From positions 17,980,001-18,044,000 of the forward strand of contig OZ059894.1 of assembly GCA_964057225.1 (NCBI GenBank): 64,000 nt of DNA. The letters run 5' to 3'. Shown piece after piece: positions 14,201 through 24,570 of this stretch; the stretch's first letter is position 1; the number at the start of each line of letters is the position of its first letter. The stretch comes from Auanema rhodensis (lineage: Eukaryota > Animalia > Nematoda). A model generated the notes under the pieces. It was not told the origin of the DNA. It saw only the letters and a program-made list of their open reading frames with translations, and searched no databases. The position numbers and the translations under genes are program-made.

Positions 14201-14995
14201 CATCAATGTCAAATGAGGAGTTCAATGAGCGTTACATCTTGATTGATTGCCGATACCCATATGAATACGAAGGAGGTCATATTAAGGTAACACTTTTTTT
14301 TCAAATTTATAATATTCTACATTTAATTATAATATCATATATTTCATATATATTATAAAAACTATTTATAGAATGCTATCAATATCTTCAATCCTGATCG
14401 CTGTACTGAAGTTTTATACCCCAGCTCATCAACGGAAAAGAAGAGAATTCCCATTTTCTACTGCGAATATAGTCAAAAGCGTGGGCCATCCATGGCTCAA
14501 TTCATTCGTGCTTTTGATAGAAAAAAGAATATGTTATCGTATCCTAAGCTTGATCATCAAGAAATGTATGTTCTAGACAAAGGATACAAACATTTCTATG
14601 AGTCTCACCATGACTCCCAGTATGCGGTTAGTTTTTCTTTTCTCGTTTGATTAATACTTTTTCCTCTCAATAAAATGTAAATATCAATGTACTAATTCTA
14701 TTTTTTTTTTCAGAAACTTTGCGAACCATGTAACTATACTACTATGGATGATACTAAATATGCACTAGAGTTGAAACAATTTACATACCATAAGAAGGGC
14801 CCTGTTGGAGCAACTGGATGCCGAAAGGAATTGAGTAATGTACGATCTCGTCTTCGTCAGCATCATAATGGAGATGATTCAAACACGCAAAAAACGTCAC
14901 AACGTAAACTTTTCCAGCCTTGTGATACTATAAAGAATGTTGCCCATGCCCCTCTTGCAAAGCTTCCACCTATTCCAAATCCTCAATTTTCCTAA
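11201..14995 (+). CDS. cdc-25: CDC25-family (M-phase inducer) dual-specificity phosphatase with rhodanese-like catalytic domain; about 412 aa, 7 exons
   Basis: Hand-spliced exons 11201-11252, 13495-13610, 13659-13762, 13809-14073, 14122-14286, 14372-14626 and 14714-14995, all with GT..AG introns and continuous frame. The translation contains [22 protein letters not shown], the CX5R active-site loop FYCEYSQKRGP, EMYVLDKGYKHFY and an N-terminal SRDSG. Exon 1 is less certain; an alternative start is the ATG at 13500. Confidence 0.95.
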
Positions 14996-17205
14996 CATCC
15001 CTACTACAAGAATAATTTAATGAGCCCGCTCTAGGTGCCAAATGCTCTACTGATCTCATTCAAATGTGAGATCAAGAATTTCCTATCAAATATTTCTTAT
15101 TCTTAAAACTTTGAAGTTAGTTACAGATTTATAATTATTAAAAACAATAATCACTGGTCATTTAATTTTTCATGTGCCGTTATTATTATTATTCATCATG
15201 TACTCATTATATTTGTATTTCTCATATTTTTCTTTCCTTCCAATCGTTCTTTCCATGTTCTAATCAAACTTTTTTTTTGCTTTTTGAAAGATCTTACATA
15301 GATGATTTTTCGACTGTACATACTTATTAAGCTTTTTTTGAGCTTTATTTTTTATTTGATGGTGTCAATTTTTTGTCACTTAGTTTAATTATAAAATAAT
15401 AAAATATTATAATCATAATATATAATTCCAATTTATATTTTAATTGAAATTAATACAAAAATAACATGTATATATATATTGGATTATGAAGTACATACAT
15501 TCAAAAATGCATATATTGTACATAGAATGCTTATCTATCTTTCCCCGAAGACCCTTACCATCTCTAATCTTGTATTATTCATCAATTCACCCCTAATATA
15601 CATCTTTGTCTTGATGAATATCCAAGAATGTAATACTTCTCCAAACTATCTTCAATAACAAAATTCTCTATATACTATCTTAGTACATAATTAAAACCTA
15701 ACTAATTCATTATATTAAGAAAACAATTGATATATCTCAGAATATCTCAGAATATCTTTGTTATTTCGTTTTATTTTAATTTTTATCATATTTATAATCA
15801 TTATATCTCTCATATCTGAAATGTTACTTTAAAAAATCGCAAAAAGATTTCGTGCTGTTCACCTTTTCTGAACTTGTGTATATTCGGTAGGATCTTCATA
15901 TAATTATTTGTGTTGTTCTGCTTGTTAGCTATACTTGAGATTTTCTCGCCGGCAATAGTCACTCTCTTCCTACTTATTACAGCACTTGACTCAATACTGT
16001 CCACTTCTTCATCCATTCAATTCTGTCCACATATCCTAAAGGTAGACAGTTTAACTCATCTTTGAACTTACATATATGTCACTTTACCGTTTTAAATTTT
16101 AAAAATTCTCTCATCCTCCAGTGTTTCCTCTTGTAATGTTGCATCGCATAAAATTAAGAAATCAATGATATCCTTTCGTCTCTTCTCAAATAAAAACCAT
16201 TTTAGTTAGCTTTATTAACTAATATTAACTAAATAATCAGAAAATTAATAGAAGACGAGATTCTTAAATCTTTTTAAATCTATTTATTCTGAATCTATTT
16301 AACTTAGTAATTCGCACATAATTCTAAAGCTGTATGCATCACGTACCAGCGCCAAATAGCTTAAGCTGGAATATCAATATCAATGAAATTCATAACAGTT
16401 TTTGTCAATTGAGAGAAATGCATCTAACATCTAAGCATAATTCACCCTAAACACTTAGCTTTAAGCAGTTATGAGATACATTTTTTTCTTCGTTTCAATA
16501 CTTTTGAAGTACATCTAAGTGTCCGATGGGGGGATGTTCTTAGTTTTGTCTCTGTATATTGCGTTTCGCAGAGAATTATTCATTTTCTCTACGATACTTA
16601 TCATTTTTTAACGCAACGTGTTTTTTTCATTAAATGTATATTCAATCATTTTTGTTTTTGTTTTCTTAATATATTTTTAAAAGAACTAATTATATGATTT
16701 GGTAATTCATTCATGTTATCTAACTTCTGATCATTAATTTTTTTGAACAACACTATGGTTGTACTATGATAATAAGCATATATAAAAAAACCAAGCAATA
16801 TTTTAAAATAGAAATTATACTAACAAAAAGAACGAAAAAGGGTTAAATCAAATAAGACAATGCTCATCTAATCTTTAATTCATCTTAAGCCGCTTTCACT
16901 AATCTGTATAATAATTTTTATTTCTCTTAAAAACTTAAACTTTTTATTGTGAATGGGCTACTTATTTTTTTTGGAATCATTAAAGTCAGAATGCCGTTAT
17001 ATTACATAGATCAATGGTATTTCTTCTTATAAGCCGATATAAGCAAAATCTTTATTTCTTTTTTTTTATTTTTCTAAATTTATGTGATTATACCATTATA
17101 TATTTCCATCTTAAACAAATTATTTTTTACTTTTTTTTTCCAGAATACTTCTTTATAAAAGAATATCAACAGAATAATTATAATATTTACTTGATATTAC
17201 AACCC

Positions 17206-18214
17206 ATGTCTAACTGGGCCAGAAATACAATATTAGATGATAATACTTCATACTATGCTTCACCTGTATTCAAACCGAAGCTTCAGAATATCCAGCCAAG
17301 TAATAATCCTTGTGCAATAAACCCAAGTACTCTGAATGAGGTGAGTCTATATTTCTGCTATCATTCCACTTATACATTTTCCTTCTTTTTTTTTTCAAAT
17401 TCTAGAATATATGTTCGTTAATATCTTTTTTCATACTGTTTTTTTCTGTTTCAATCCGATGCAATGTGATATCTTCTGTTTCATTTTTCATCTTTCTCAT
17501 TTGTCACCTTTATGTTTTACTTCTTTTCCATTCTTTATCGTCGTTGGTCATCCTGCTATTCAGTTATCGTAATGAACGACGTCTTCTTTTCTAAGTGTGA
17601 TCATCTTTGTCTTCATCATTGGTTGTTTCCATCTACATCTCATTTCTCTTCATCCCCATCGCTTTCTTTTCTTCTTTCTTTTCCTCTTTCTTCTTCTTTT
17701 TTCCCACCCTCCCATTTTCCCTTCATTTGCACTCTCTTTCCTCGTTCTCTTTCGCACATTTTTTCTACTTTTTTTTTGTTCTAAACTTCTTCCTGCATCT
17801 CATCTTCGTGCATAGTCTCATGTTAAATTCACTTTGCTTCTATCCGAGTTATCTTCCCTTTTTCTTTTGTAGCATAATTAAGATCTTCAAACGCAGAAAA
17901 GGCAAAACAGAAGAAGGAAAATAGTCTAATTGAAGTGAAAGCTGATGAATTTGAACCAAACACTCCCCAAAAATAATTAAAATTTTCAAACATTTTCTTG
18001 CAGATTCCAACAAAACCTGCTCCAAATTTAAGCCGCACTCCTACATGTCGGCCGGCAAGCGCTTTGTATTTGCCATATAAAATTAAAAAAAAAGAGATTA
18101 GGTGGGTTAGGATAAATTACATTGACGAAACATTTAAAGTGGTTCAACAAACTTATAACATCCCAGTATGATTAGTCTTTCAGGTGGACTAGTTCAATTC
18201 TTGAATATATATAT

Positions 18215-18287
<73 letters not shown>

Positions 18288-18890
18288 TTTAGAAATAAAC
18301 TATTCATTTGAAAAAGTCCCTTCTACCAAATAATTTCAGTTTAATAGAACTTTAATTCTTTTTTTATCGATATATTTCTTCCACTCGTAATTTATATATT
18401 TTTATTTATGAAATAATTACATTTTCATACGAACTTTCGTTCGAACAGCCAAGGAAGATTAATGAGGATTCTGAGTAAAACCCAGCTTCTGCTTTATAAC
18501 TTTTCTTTGATACTCTCATATGAAGCTGTTATTCTTAGCTTTATCTTAACTATTTTTTTAAAGAACTAGCATTATATATTATATTTCGACCTTAGTTTAA
18601 TTATTTCGACGAAACTCTTTTACTTTCTAGCGTTTAAATATACTTATTTCATAATGATCATTACTATGTGCTCTTTTTGTGACGAATTTTTCTCCATTAA
18701 GCTTTCTTAATTGGATGCTTGATTCTAGAGCCATGTCCCTGCGTCGGCAGCTTTGTGGGTTCCACCACTTTGCTCCATGGGCCGATATATGCTCTGTGTA
18801 TCTTTTTTTTGCTATCATCAATTTCAGAAACTATCCATCAAATGAAGAAGGATGTCTCACTCCCTCTCCTGCAAAGAGCCTCATACGTTT
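17206..18890 (+). CDS. Possible small spliced gene, Pro/Ser/Asn-rich, function unknown; 3' end unresolved
   Basis: TTCCAG near 17143, ATG at 17206 and a 45-codon exon ending at a GTGAGT donor (17341). Candidate exons 18004-18065 (after TTGCAG) and 18828 onward (after TTTCAG) join in frame: [12 protein letters not shown]...[42 protein letters not shown]. No recognisable domain. Confidence 0.3.
18205..18283. repeat. Compound (AT)n(AC)n(AT)n microsatellite
   Basis: Directly visible dinucleotide run. Confidence 0.95.
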
Positions 18891-18929
18891 TGTTTCGCAT
18901 TGTCTCAATATATTTCTTACTATAAAAAT

Positions 18930-18931
<2 letters not shown>

Positions 18932-19019
<88 letters not shown>
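18932..19019. repeat. (AT)n microsatellite, about 44 units
   Basis: Directly visible. It explains the IYIYIY ORFs in the track. Confidence 0.97.
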
Positions 19020-19022
<3 letters not shown>

Positions 19023-19875
19023 CCTGCATCTGTGTTTATTCATTTTTCAAGCTTATTGGATTTATTCACATTGTTGTCTGAAACGAAGACCGGGCTGTTT
19101 CTAACACTAAGATATATGTCTGTTTTTGGGAACAACTTCTTAGTATTTTTTCACTTGAAAGAAGCTTGCTGTCTGAGCCAATCATCTGTTTTCCTTGTTT
19201 TTCAAAAGTCACTCATTTAGGCATGGCCTCTTTGCGGCTTCTCTTTTCGTTCTTTTCATTTTTTATTTTTCACTATTTGTTTCTTCTCTAACTATTTTTT
19301 GTCATTTTTTGCTTGGAACTTTTTCTCACTTCTATAGTTCCGACCTCACTTAGTGGCATCACACTAATAGCTCGAAAACATACTGCAATTCAATATCTAG
19401 AAAATTGATTGTGTTTCAGCTATATCGCTCTTTCATCTGAAGAGTATTCAGTCGCAGAGATTCAAAAATATTTTTTGCATACTACACAAGTTAAAGTTTT
19501 TACTTAAGCTATTTAAACTCCGTATATTATTTCTTTCATGCTAGAGTTATAGTGTCTCAAAAACAGACTAACTTCTATAACAAGTTTCAAAATTATTGCT
19601 CCTGAGTTTTATTTCTTATGTTTTCAAAATGTTGCTTTGTATATCTAAGAATACTATTTGTATAAACATACCAAAACCTAAAATGTGTGTGTGTTTATTG
19701 TTTATACTTTTGTACATCCATGATATATCCTTGTCTTTTCGCTCCAGAAATGTCATTGCTCTTCAACTTTTAAAAATAAGAATTTTCGGTTTATTCTCAC
19801 ATTTCGTTTGGTGGATAATACAACATTCCAAATTAAAGTTAACTTGAAATCTGGACAATGACTTCTAGATAAACA

Positions 19876-22800
19876 ATGAAGGAGACATTGAATGGTACAG
19901 CCGGCTGGCATCAGTCAAAGAGGTAGTGACACGAAAATAGTTACCTGCCAAGTAAAATAGACACGTTCATTATCAAATGAGATTATGATGAATTTATATT
20001 TACAGTGGCTGCTTGCGTCCTTTGACACGCTTAGAGGTTGTCCTTCTTCTACTGTTGATTATCCTTATACTGTCTTTAATTGGAGTATTGGCTTGCTGGG
20101 TTTTGTTATTAGATGGCTACAAAATATTTTCACATGGTACATTTTAGATCGATAATTTCAGACTTATCAATATTTTTTTTTGAGTTTAATTATTCATTTT
20201 TGTATAGGATGGCCAATATATGGCTTAAGGAATTCATCCAGTTCTATAGGAATAGACAGAACCGCCTTGCATCATAATAATATTGTTTGTACTTCTCGAG
20301 AATGTGTTTTACTAGCTGGATTTCTAGCTGGGAATCTAAACGATAAGGTAGGGAAACGTTACAGTTTGTATCTTAACTTCGTTTAAGGTTGATCCTTGCG
20401 AAGATTTTTATGAGTTTGCTTGTGGAAATTATGGACTCAATCGTAATCTTCCTGCGAACAAGCCGTTACGACACACGATCAGTGATGTTCAATCGCGTTT
20501 GAACAAACAAGTAAAAAGTATTTTGCAGGTATTTTTTTTAAAATTCGTATTTCTAAGCTATCATTTTCAGCTACCTGTAACATCACATGAATCTAAATGG
20601 GATAAGCTGGCTAAAGAATACTATCAAAAATGCTTAGATGAAGGTAGTTTAAGGAATTCCATCCAGCATATATATATATATCTAAAGTATAACTTTTGTT
20701 CTAGAGAAACTTGAGCAGACAGGCAACGCCGCTATTTTAGAGGTGCTGGACTGGGTTGGTGGGTGGCCAACGTTGAAAGGTTTGAAAAGTCAGGAGAAGT
20801 TATTGAGTGTTGCTCATGTTCTCAGGAAAGAATTGGACAGAATGGGACTACTCATGGGAGCAACAATTGGCTGTTGTAATGAATAGAACAGGCGTCAATG
20901 CGGTAATTCTGGAATTAGCTGTCACTCATGATCCTTCTAACAGCTCAAAATCTGTTATTGAAGTTTCTTTTACATTTTTATTAAACGAGAAAAATGAAAT
21001 TTAAGCTTGATCAACCTAAGTGGGGAATAGGCTCAAGATGGCCGTATTTGTCAGGTGCAGAAGATCCGATGATTAAGAACTATACAAATCTCATGATACT
21101 ATCAGCTGTTGCCTTAGGTTAGAGTATAAATTGATAAAACATTCTTATTGTTATTTCAAGGTGCTGATCCCATAGTGGCAGAAAAAGACATGAAGGAAGC
21201 TATGGAATTGGAACTCAAGCTAGTAAACTTTTCCGCTGAAGAAATGGTCAGGCGAGATCCTGAACGAGGGAACAATCGTTATCAATTATGGCAACTCAAA
21301 AAACATTTTCCTTTGGTTTATTCAGATAAACCAACATGTATGCTAATATTTAATTCAGATCGACTTTGAAAAATACATAAAACGCATTTTTTATGATCTT
21401 GTTGAAGTAAGTCAAAATCATACAGTAATTATCAGGGAGACTGAATATTTTACTGGCATTCAGGTAAATAATTGACTTTAGTTATAATGATGATTCTATG
21501 GTTTTCAGCACATATTAAACTCCACACCAAAACGTGTAATAGCTAATTATATTGCTTGGAGAATTGTTCAAGGTACAATTCATGTATTGAAATAAAACTA
21601 AAAGTAGATATTTAAAAGGTTTTTCACCGTTTCTTCCTCCACGATCTCGTGTAGCATTCTATCAATTCAAAGCTAATCAAACTGGTATGTTCAACAGTCC
21701 TCCACCAGACAGGTAAATTTATTATGCTGTATTATTCTAGAATTATTCAATTTAGATGGGAAGATTGTGTTACGTTATCTGTCATTATGTTAGATATGCC
21801 TGTCGGAAAATTGTTTGTCGAAAACTTTTTTGAAAAAAGCAAGGCAATGGACAAAGTAAGTTTATGAAAAGTAAGCAAAGCATGAAGCAATATTAGAAAT
21901 ATTATTTTTATCGATATATATATGCTAACACATAATTACCTTGAACAAATATACGTTTTTACCATATGCCTCAGATGATATTATTCGTTTATTATGGATT
22001 GCTGACATATTTCTTAAGATGACTGAATTAACAACATTCCTCAAAGCAGAATTCATTAAACAGCTACATGTATTGGATTGGATGGATGACATCACAAGAA
22101 AGCGCGCAATCGAAAAGGTTAGTTTTTTCTTTTTCGTATTCCGATGTAGTGAGCATTTATACAGGCGGGAATGATTGAATATAAAAACGGTTTTCCCGAA
22201 CTTCTTTTTAATAACACATGGATGAATGAGCATTGGGGCATGGTATGATATTAGAATTGAAATAAGAAGATAAAAACATTAATTTGAGGACATAGTACCA
22301 AACGAGTACCTATTGCATTTTACAATCAGGATAAAACTAACTCGCTATACCGAAGAATTATTACGTCTTGATCAACCTTTAGACCGGTAAATCTAGATGA
22401 TTTTGATTCCAATCAATTTATTGTTCTTGTGTTGTAGAACCATGTGGTATCAAAGCCCTGCTCAAGTTGATGCTTATTATGCTCCAAACAACAATGAAAT
22501 GAGTAAGGCACATTAATGCATTAATTTTGAGTAAATGTCATATAGTATTCCCGGCTGGAATAATGCAGTTTCCTTTCCTAACAATTGGTGTGCCAAACTA
22601 TATCACATTTGGTATGGTTGGAGCTGTGATTGGTCATGAAGTATCACATGCGTTCGATGATCAAGGTAACTTCATCTATCCCAACAAATAAATATAATTA
22701 TTTCAAGGAGGTCAATATGATGAACTTGGAAACCTGAATGATTGGTGGGACTCGCAAACTGCTGAAAAATTTTCCGAAAAAACCAGGTGAGAGTAAAACC

Positions 22801-23357
22801 AAATGTTTGAAGCTTATTTTTTTAGATGCTTTATAAACCAATACAGCTCTATCAAAGTTGAAGAGGCTGGAATCAATTTGAATGGGCAGTTAAGCTTGGG
22901 AGAAAATATTGCGGATAATGGTGGTGTCAAAACAGCATTTAATGTTTTTAAAGTGTTAATAATACTTTTAACAGATCTGTTTAAGGCATATCGAGCATGG
23001 AGAACAAATTCCACAAGTTCTGAACCTGCATTGCCAGGCTTTCAAAATTATACAAGTGAACAAATGTTTTTTCTAGCTTATGCGAACGTATGTTGAATTG
23101 TTATTTAAAAATTAAATATTAAAAGTAATTCAGAATTGGTGTTCGGTTGTCCGAGCAAAGCATTACATACAGATTATTATAACTGATGTTCACGCACCCA
23201 GCAAATACCGTGCGATAATCCCTTTACAGGTAAAAAACTTTGAAAAAATTTAGAAACTCAGTAAGTATTTATTCAGAATCGTCCAGAATTCGCTGCAGCG
23301 TTCAAATGTTCACGGGGAACATCAATGAATCCAGAGAAAAAATGTCAAGTTTGGTGA
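19876..23357 (+). CDS. Neprilysin / endothelin-converting-enzyme-like M13 zinc metallopeptidase, type II membrane protein; about 23 exons
   Basis: Starts MKETLNGTAGWHQSKSGCLRPLTRLE, then a transmembrane helix (VVLLLLLIILILSLIGVLACWVLLL, exon 20006-20136). Further motifs: VDPCEDFYEFACG (20388 onward), GGWP, LDWMDDITRKRAIEK, VFPAGIMQFPF, zinc motif GHEVSHAFDDQG, ENIADNGG, QMFFLAYAN, DVHAPSKYR, and terminal MNPEKKCQVW with stop at 23355-23357. I count 22 GT..AG introns, most 40-60 bp. The exact nep paralogue cannot be identified from the sequence alone. Confidence 0.96.
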
Positions 23358-23597
23358 CGTAGCAAGAAAACCATATTTCGAATAGATAATATCTGCTACA
23401 CCCAATGTTAAAAAACAATTTTTGAAATATTTTTGCGAACAAATCGGAATTTTCGCTCATATTGTAGTGACTCTTTTTATAACTTCCGACAAAACTCATA
23501 TTCTCATGACTCCAACAACGTCTGGGCTTATTAGCCCATATATCATTTAAAAAACTGTTTTTTTTTCAAATGTCTGATCTCATACCAAACGAAATTT

Positions 23598-23603
23598 AAT
23601 AAA
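23598..23603 (+). terminator. Candidate polyadenylation signal AATAAA for the neprilysin gene
   Basis: First AATAAA I saw downstream of the stop, about 240 nt after it, followed by T/GT-rich sequence. Confidence 0.45.
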
Positions 23604-23659
23604 TTATATGTTTATACGTTTTTGTTTCTCAATTCCAGAATGGTGAAAAAAAATTTGGT

Positions 23660-23674
23660 TTAGGCTTAGCCTAA
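23660..23674. other. Head-to-head telomere-unit palindrome TTAGGC-TTA-GCCTAA (candidate chromosome-break / telomere-addition site), copy 1
   Basis: The sequence reads GGTTTAGGCTTAGCCTAATCATT. TTAGGC is the common nematode telomere repeat. The function is inferred. Confidence 0.5.
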
Positions 23675-24333
23675 TCATTAATTAGTCCTATGTTATAATG
23701 AACACGGAAATATTCAAAACTGTTTTTCATACACATGACCTCTTATAACGGGTCACCACGTGTACATTTAATTAGTATATTTTAAAGTTCACGTAAATTT
23801 CAAAGTTATCAAAACACCTTATGCACATCAAAGACTATGGACAATGTTATTCAACGGAAAAATTAATTCTTCAGGGTGAAAATCGAGGATATATGTGTGA
23901 ACTTATATCAGTTGATATCTCGGTGAGTGTACATGGAAACTCAACATACACTAATGCATCATTTTTCAAACGATCATAACTAATTTTTGTATTAAGCGTT
24001 TCTCAATGTAGTATAGTGCATTCGATGCGGATTTTTGAGCTGCGTTGATCTGTGTTATCAGATTTGCGCTAGCTTAAAAATGCACCGAGATATCAACTGA
24101 GATAAGTTCAAACATATATCCTCGATTTTCACCCTGAAGAATTAATTTTTTCGTTGAATAACATTGTCCATAGTCTTTGATGTGCATAAGGTGTTTTGAT
24201 AACTTTGAAATTTACGTGAACTTTAAAATATACTAATTAAATGTACACGTGGTGACCCGTTATAAGAGGTCATGTGTATGAAAAACAGTTTTGAATATTT
24301 CCGTGTTCATTATAACATAGGACTAATTAATGA

Positions 24334-24348
24334 TTAGGCTAAGCCTAA
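24334..24348. other. Mirror copy of the telomere-unit palindrome, TTAGGC-TAA-GCCTAA
   Basis: It lies in the right arm of the inverted repeat at the exact mirror position. Confidence 0.5.
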
Positions 24349-24540
24349 ACCAAATTTTTTTTCACCATTCTGGAATTGAGAAACAAAAACGTATAAACAT
24401 ATAATTTATTAAATTTCGTTTGGTATGAGATCAGACATTTGAAAAAAAAACAGTTTTTTAAATGATATATGGGCTAATAAGCCCAGATATCATTAAAAAA
24501 GTCATAGAGTCATGAGAATATGAGTTTTGTCGGAAGTTAT

Positions 24541-24570
24541 AATACATGAATTGTACCTTGAACAATTCTC
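24541..24570 (-). other. 30-bp templated insertion, reverse complement of 21559-21588 (a neprilysin exon/intron boundary)
   Basis: AATACATGAATTGTACCTTGAACAATTCTC is the exact reverse complement of GAGAATTGTTCAAGGTACAATTCATGTATT at 21559-21588. Confidence 0.95.

Larger units (their letters stand above)
23521..24487. repeat. Long inverted repeat: arms 23521-23925 and 24083-24487 (405 bp each), 157-bp spacer
   Basis: The arms read as reverse complements (TCTGGGCTTATTAGCCCATATATC... / ...GATATATGGGCTAATAAGCCCAGA; inner ends GATATCTCGGTG / CACCGAGATATC). I saw 3 mismatches, at 23857, 23897 and 23907. Confidence 0.97.

Noticed and set aside
17512-17924. Three overlapping Phe/Ser/Leu-rich ORFs resembling membrane proteins
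   Set aside because: They arise from a low-complexity T/C-rich tract that lacks stops on the + strand.
18679-19104. Overlapping ORFs with IYIYIY runs
   Set aside because: They are artefacts of the stop-free (AT)n microsatellite.
19217-19229. TTAGGC-ATG-GCCT, a second GGC-N3-GCC core
   Set aside because: It has only one full telomere unit and lies between genes rather than at a repeat boundary. It is plausibly chance, but worth including as a control when checking for telomere-clipped reads.
21925-23499. Minus-strand ORFs overlapping neprilysin
   Set aside because: They are antisense shadows of the real + strand exons and 3' flank.
23523-23538. Small palindrome TGGGC-TTATTA-GCCCA as another break motif
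   Set aside because: It has a 6-nt spacer and no full TTAGGC. It is better explained as the point where fold-back synthesis switched template, since the arm ends there.
23521-24487. Autonomous DNA transposon
   Set aside because: There is no transposase ORF, the spacer is only 157 bp, and I found no target-site duplication at the outer ends.
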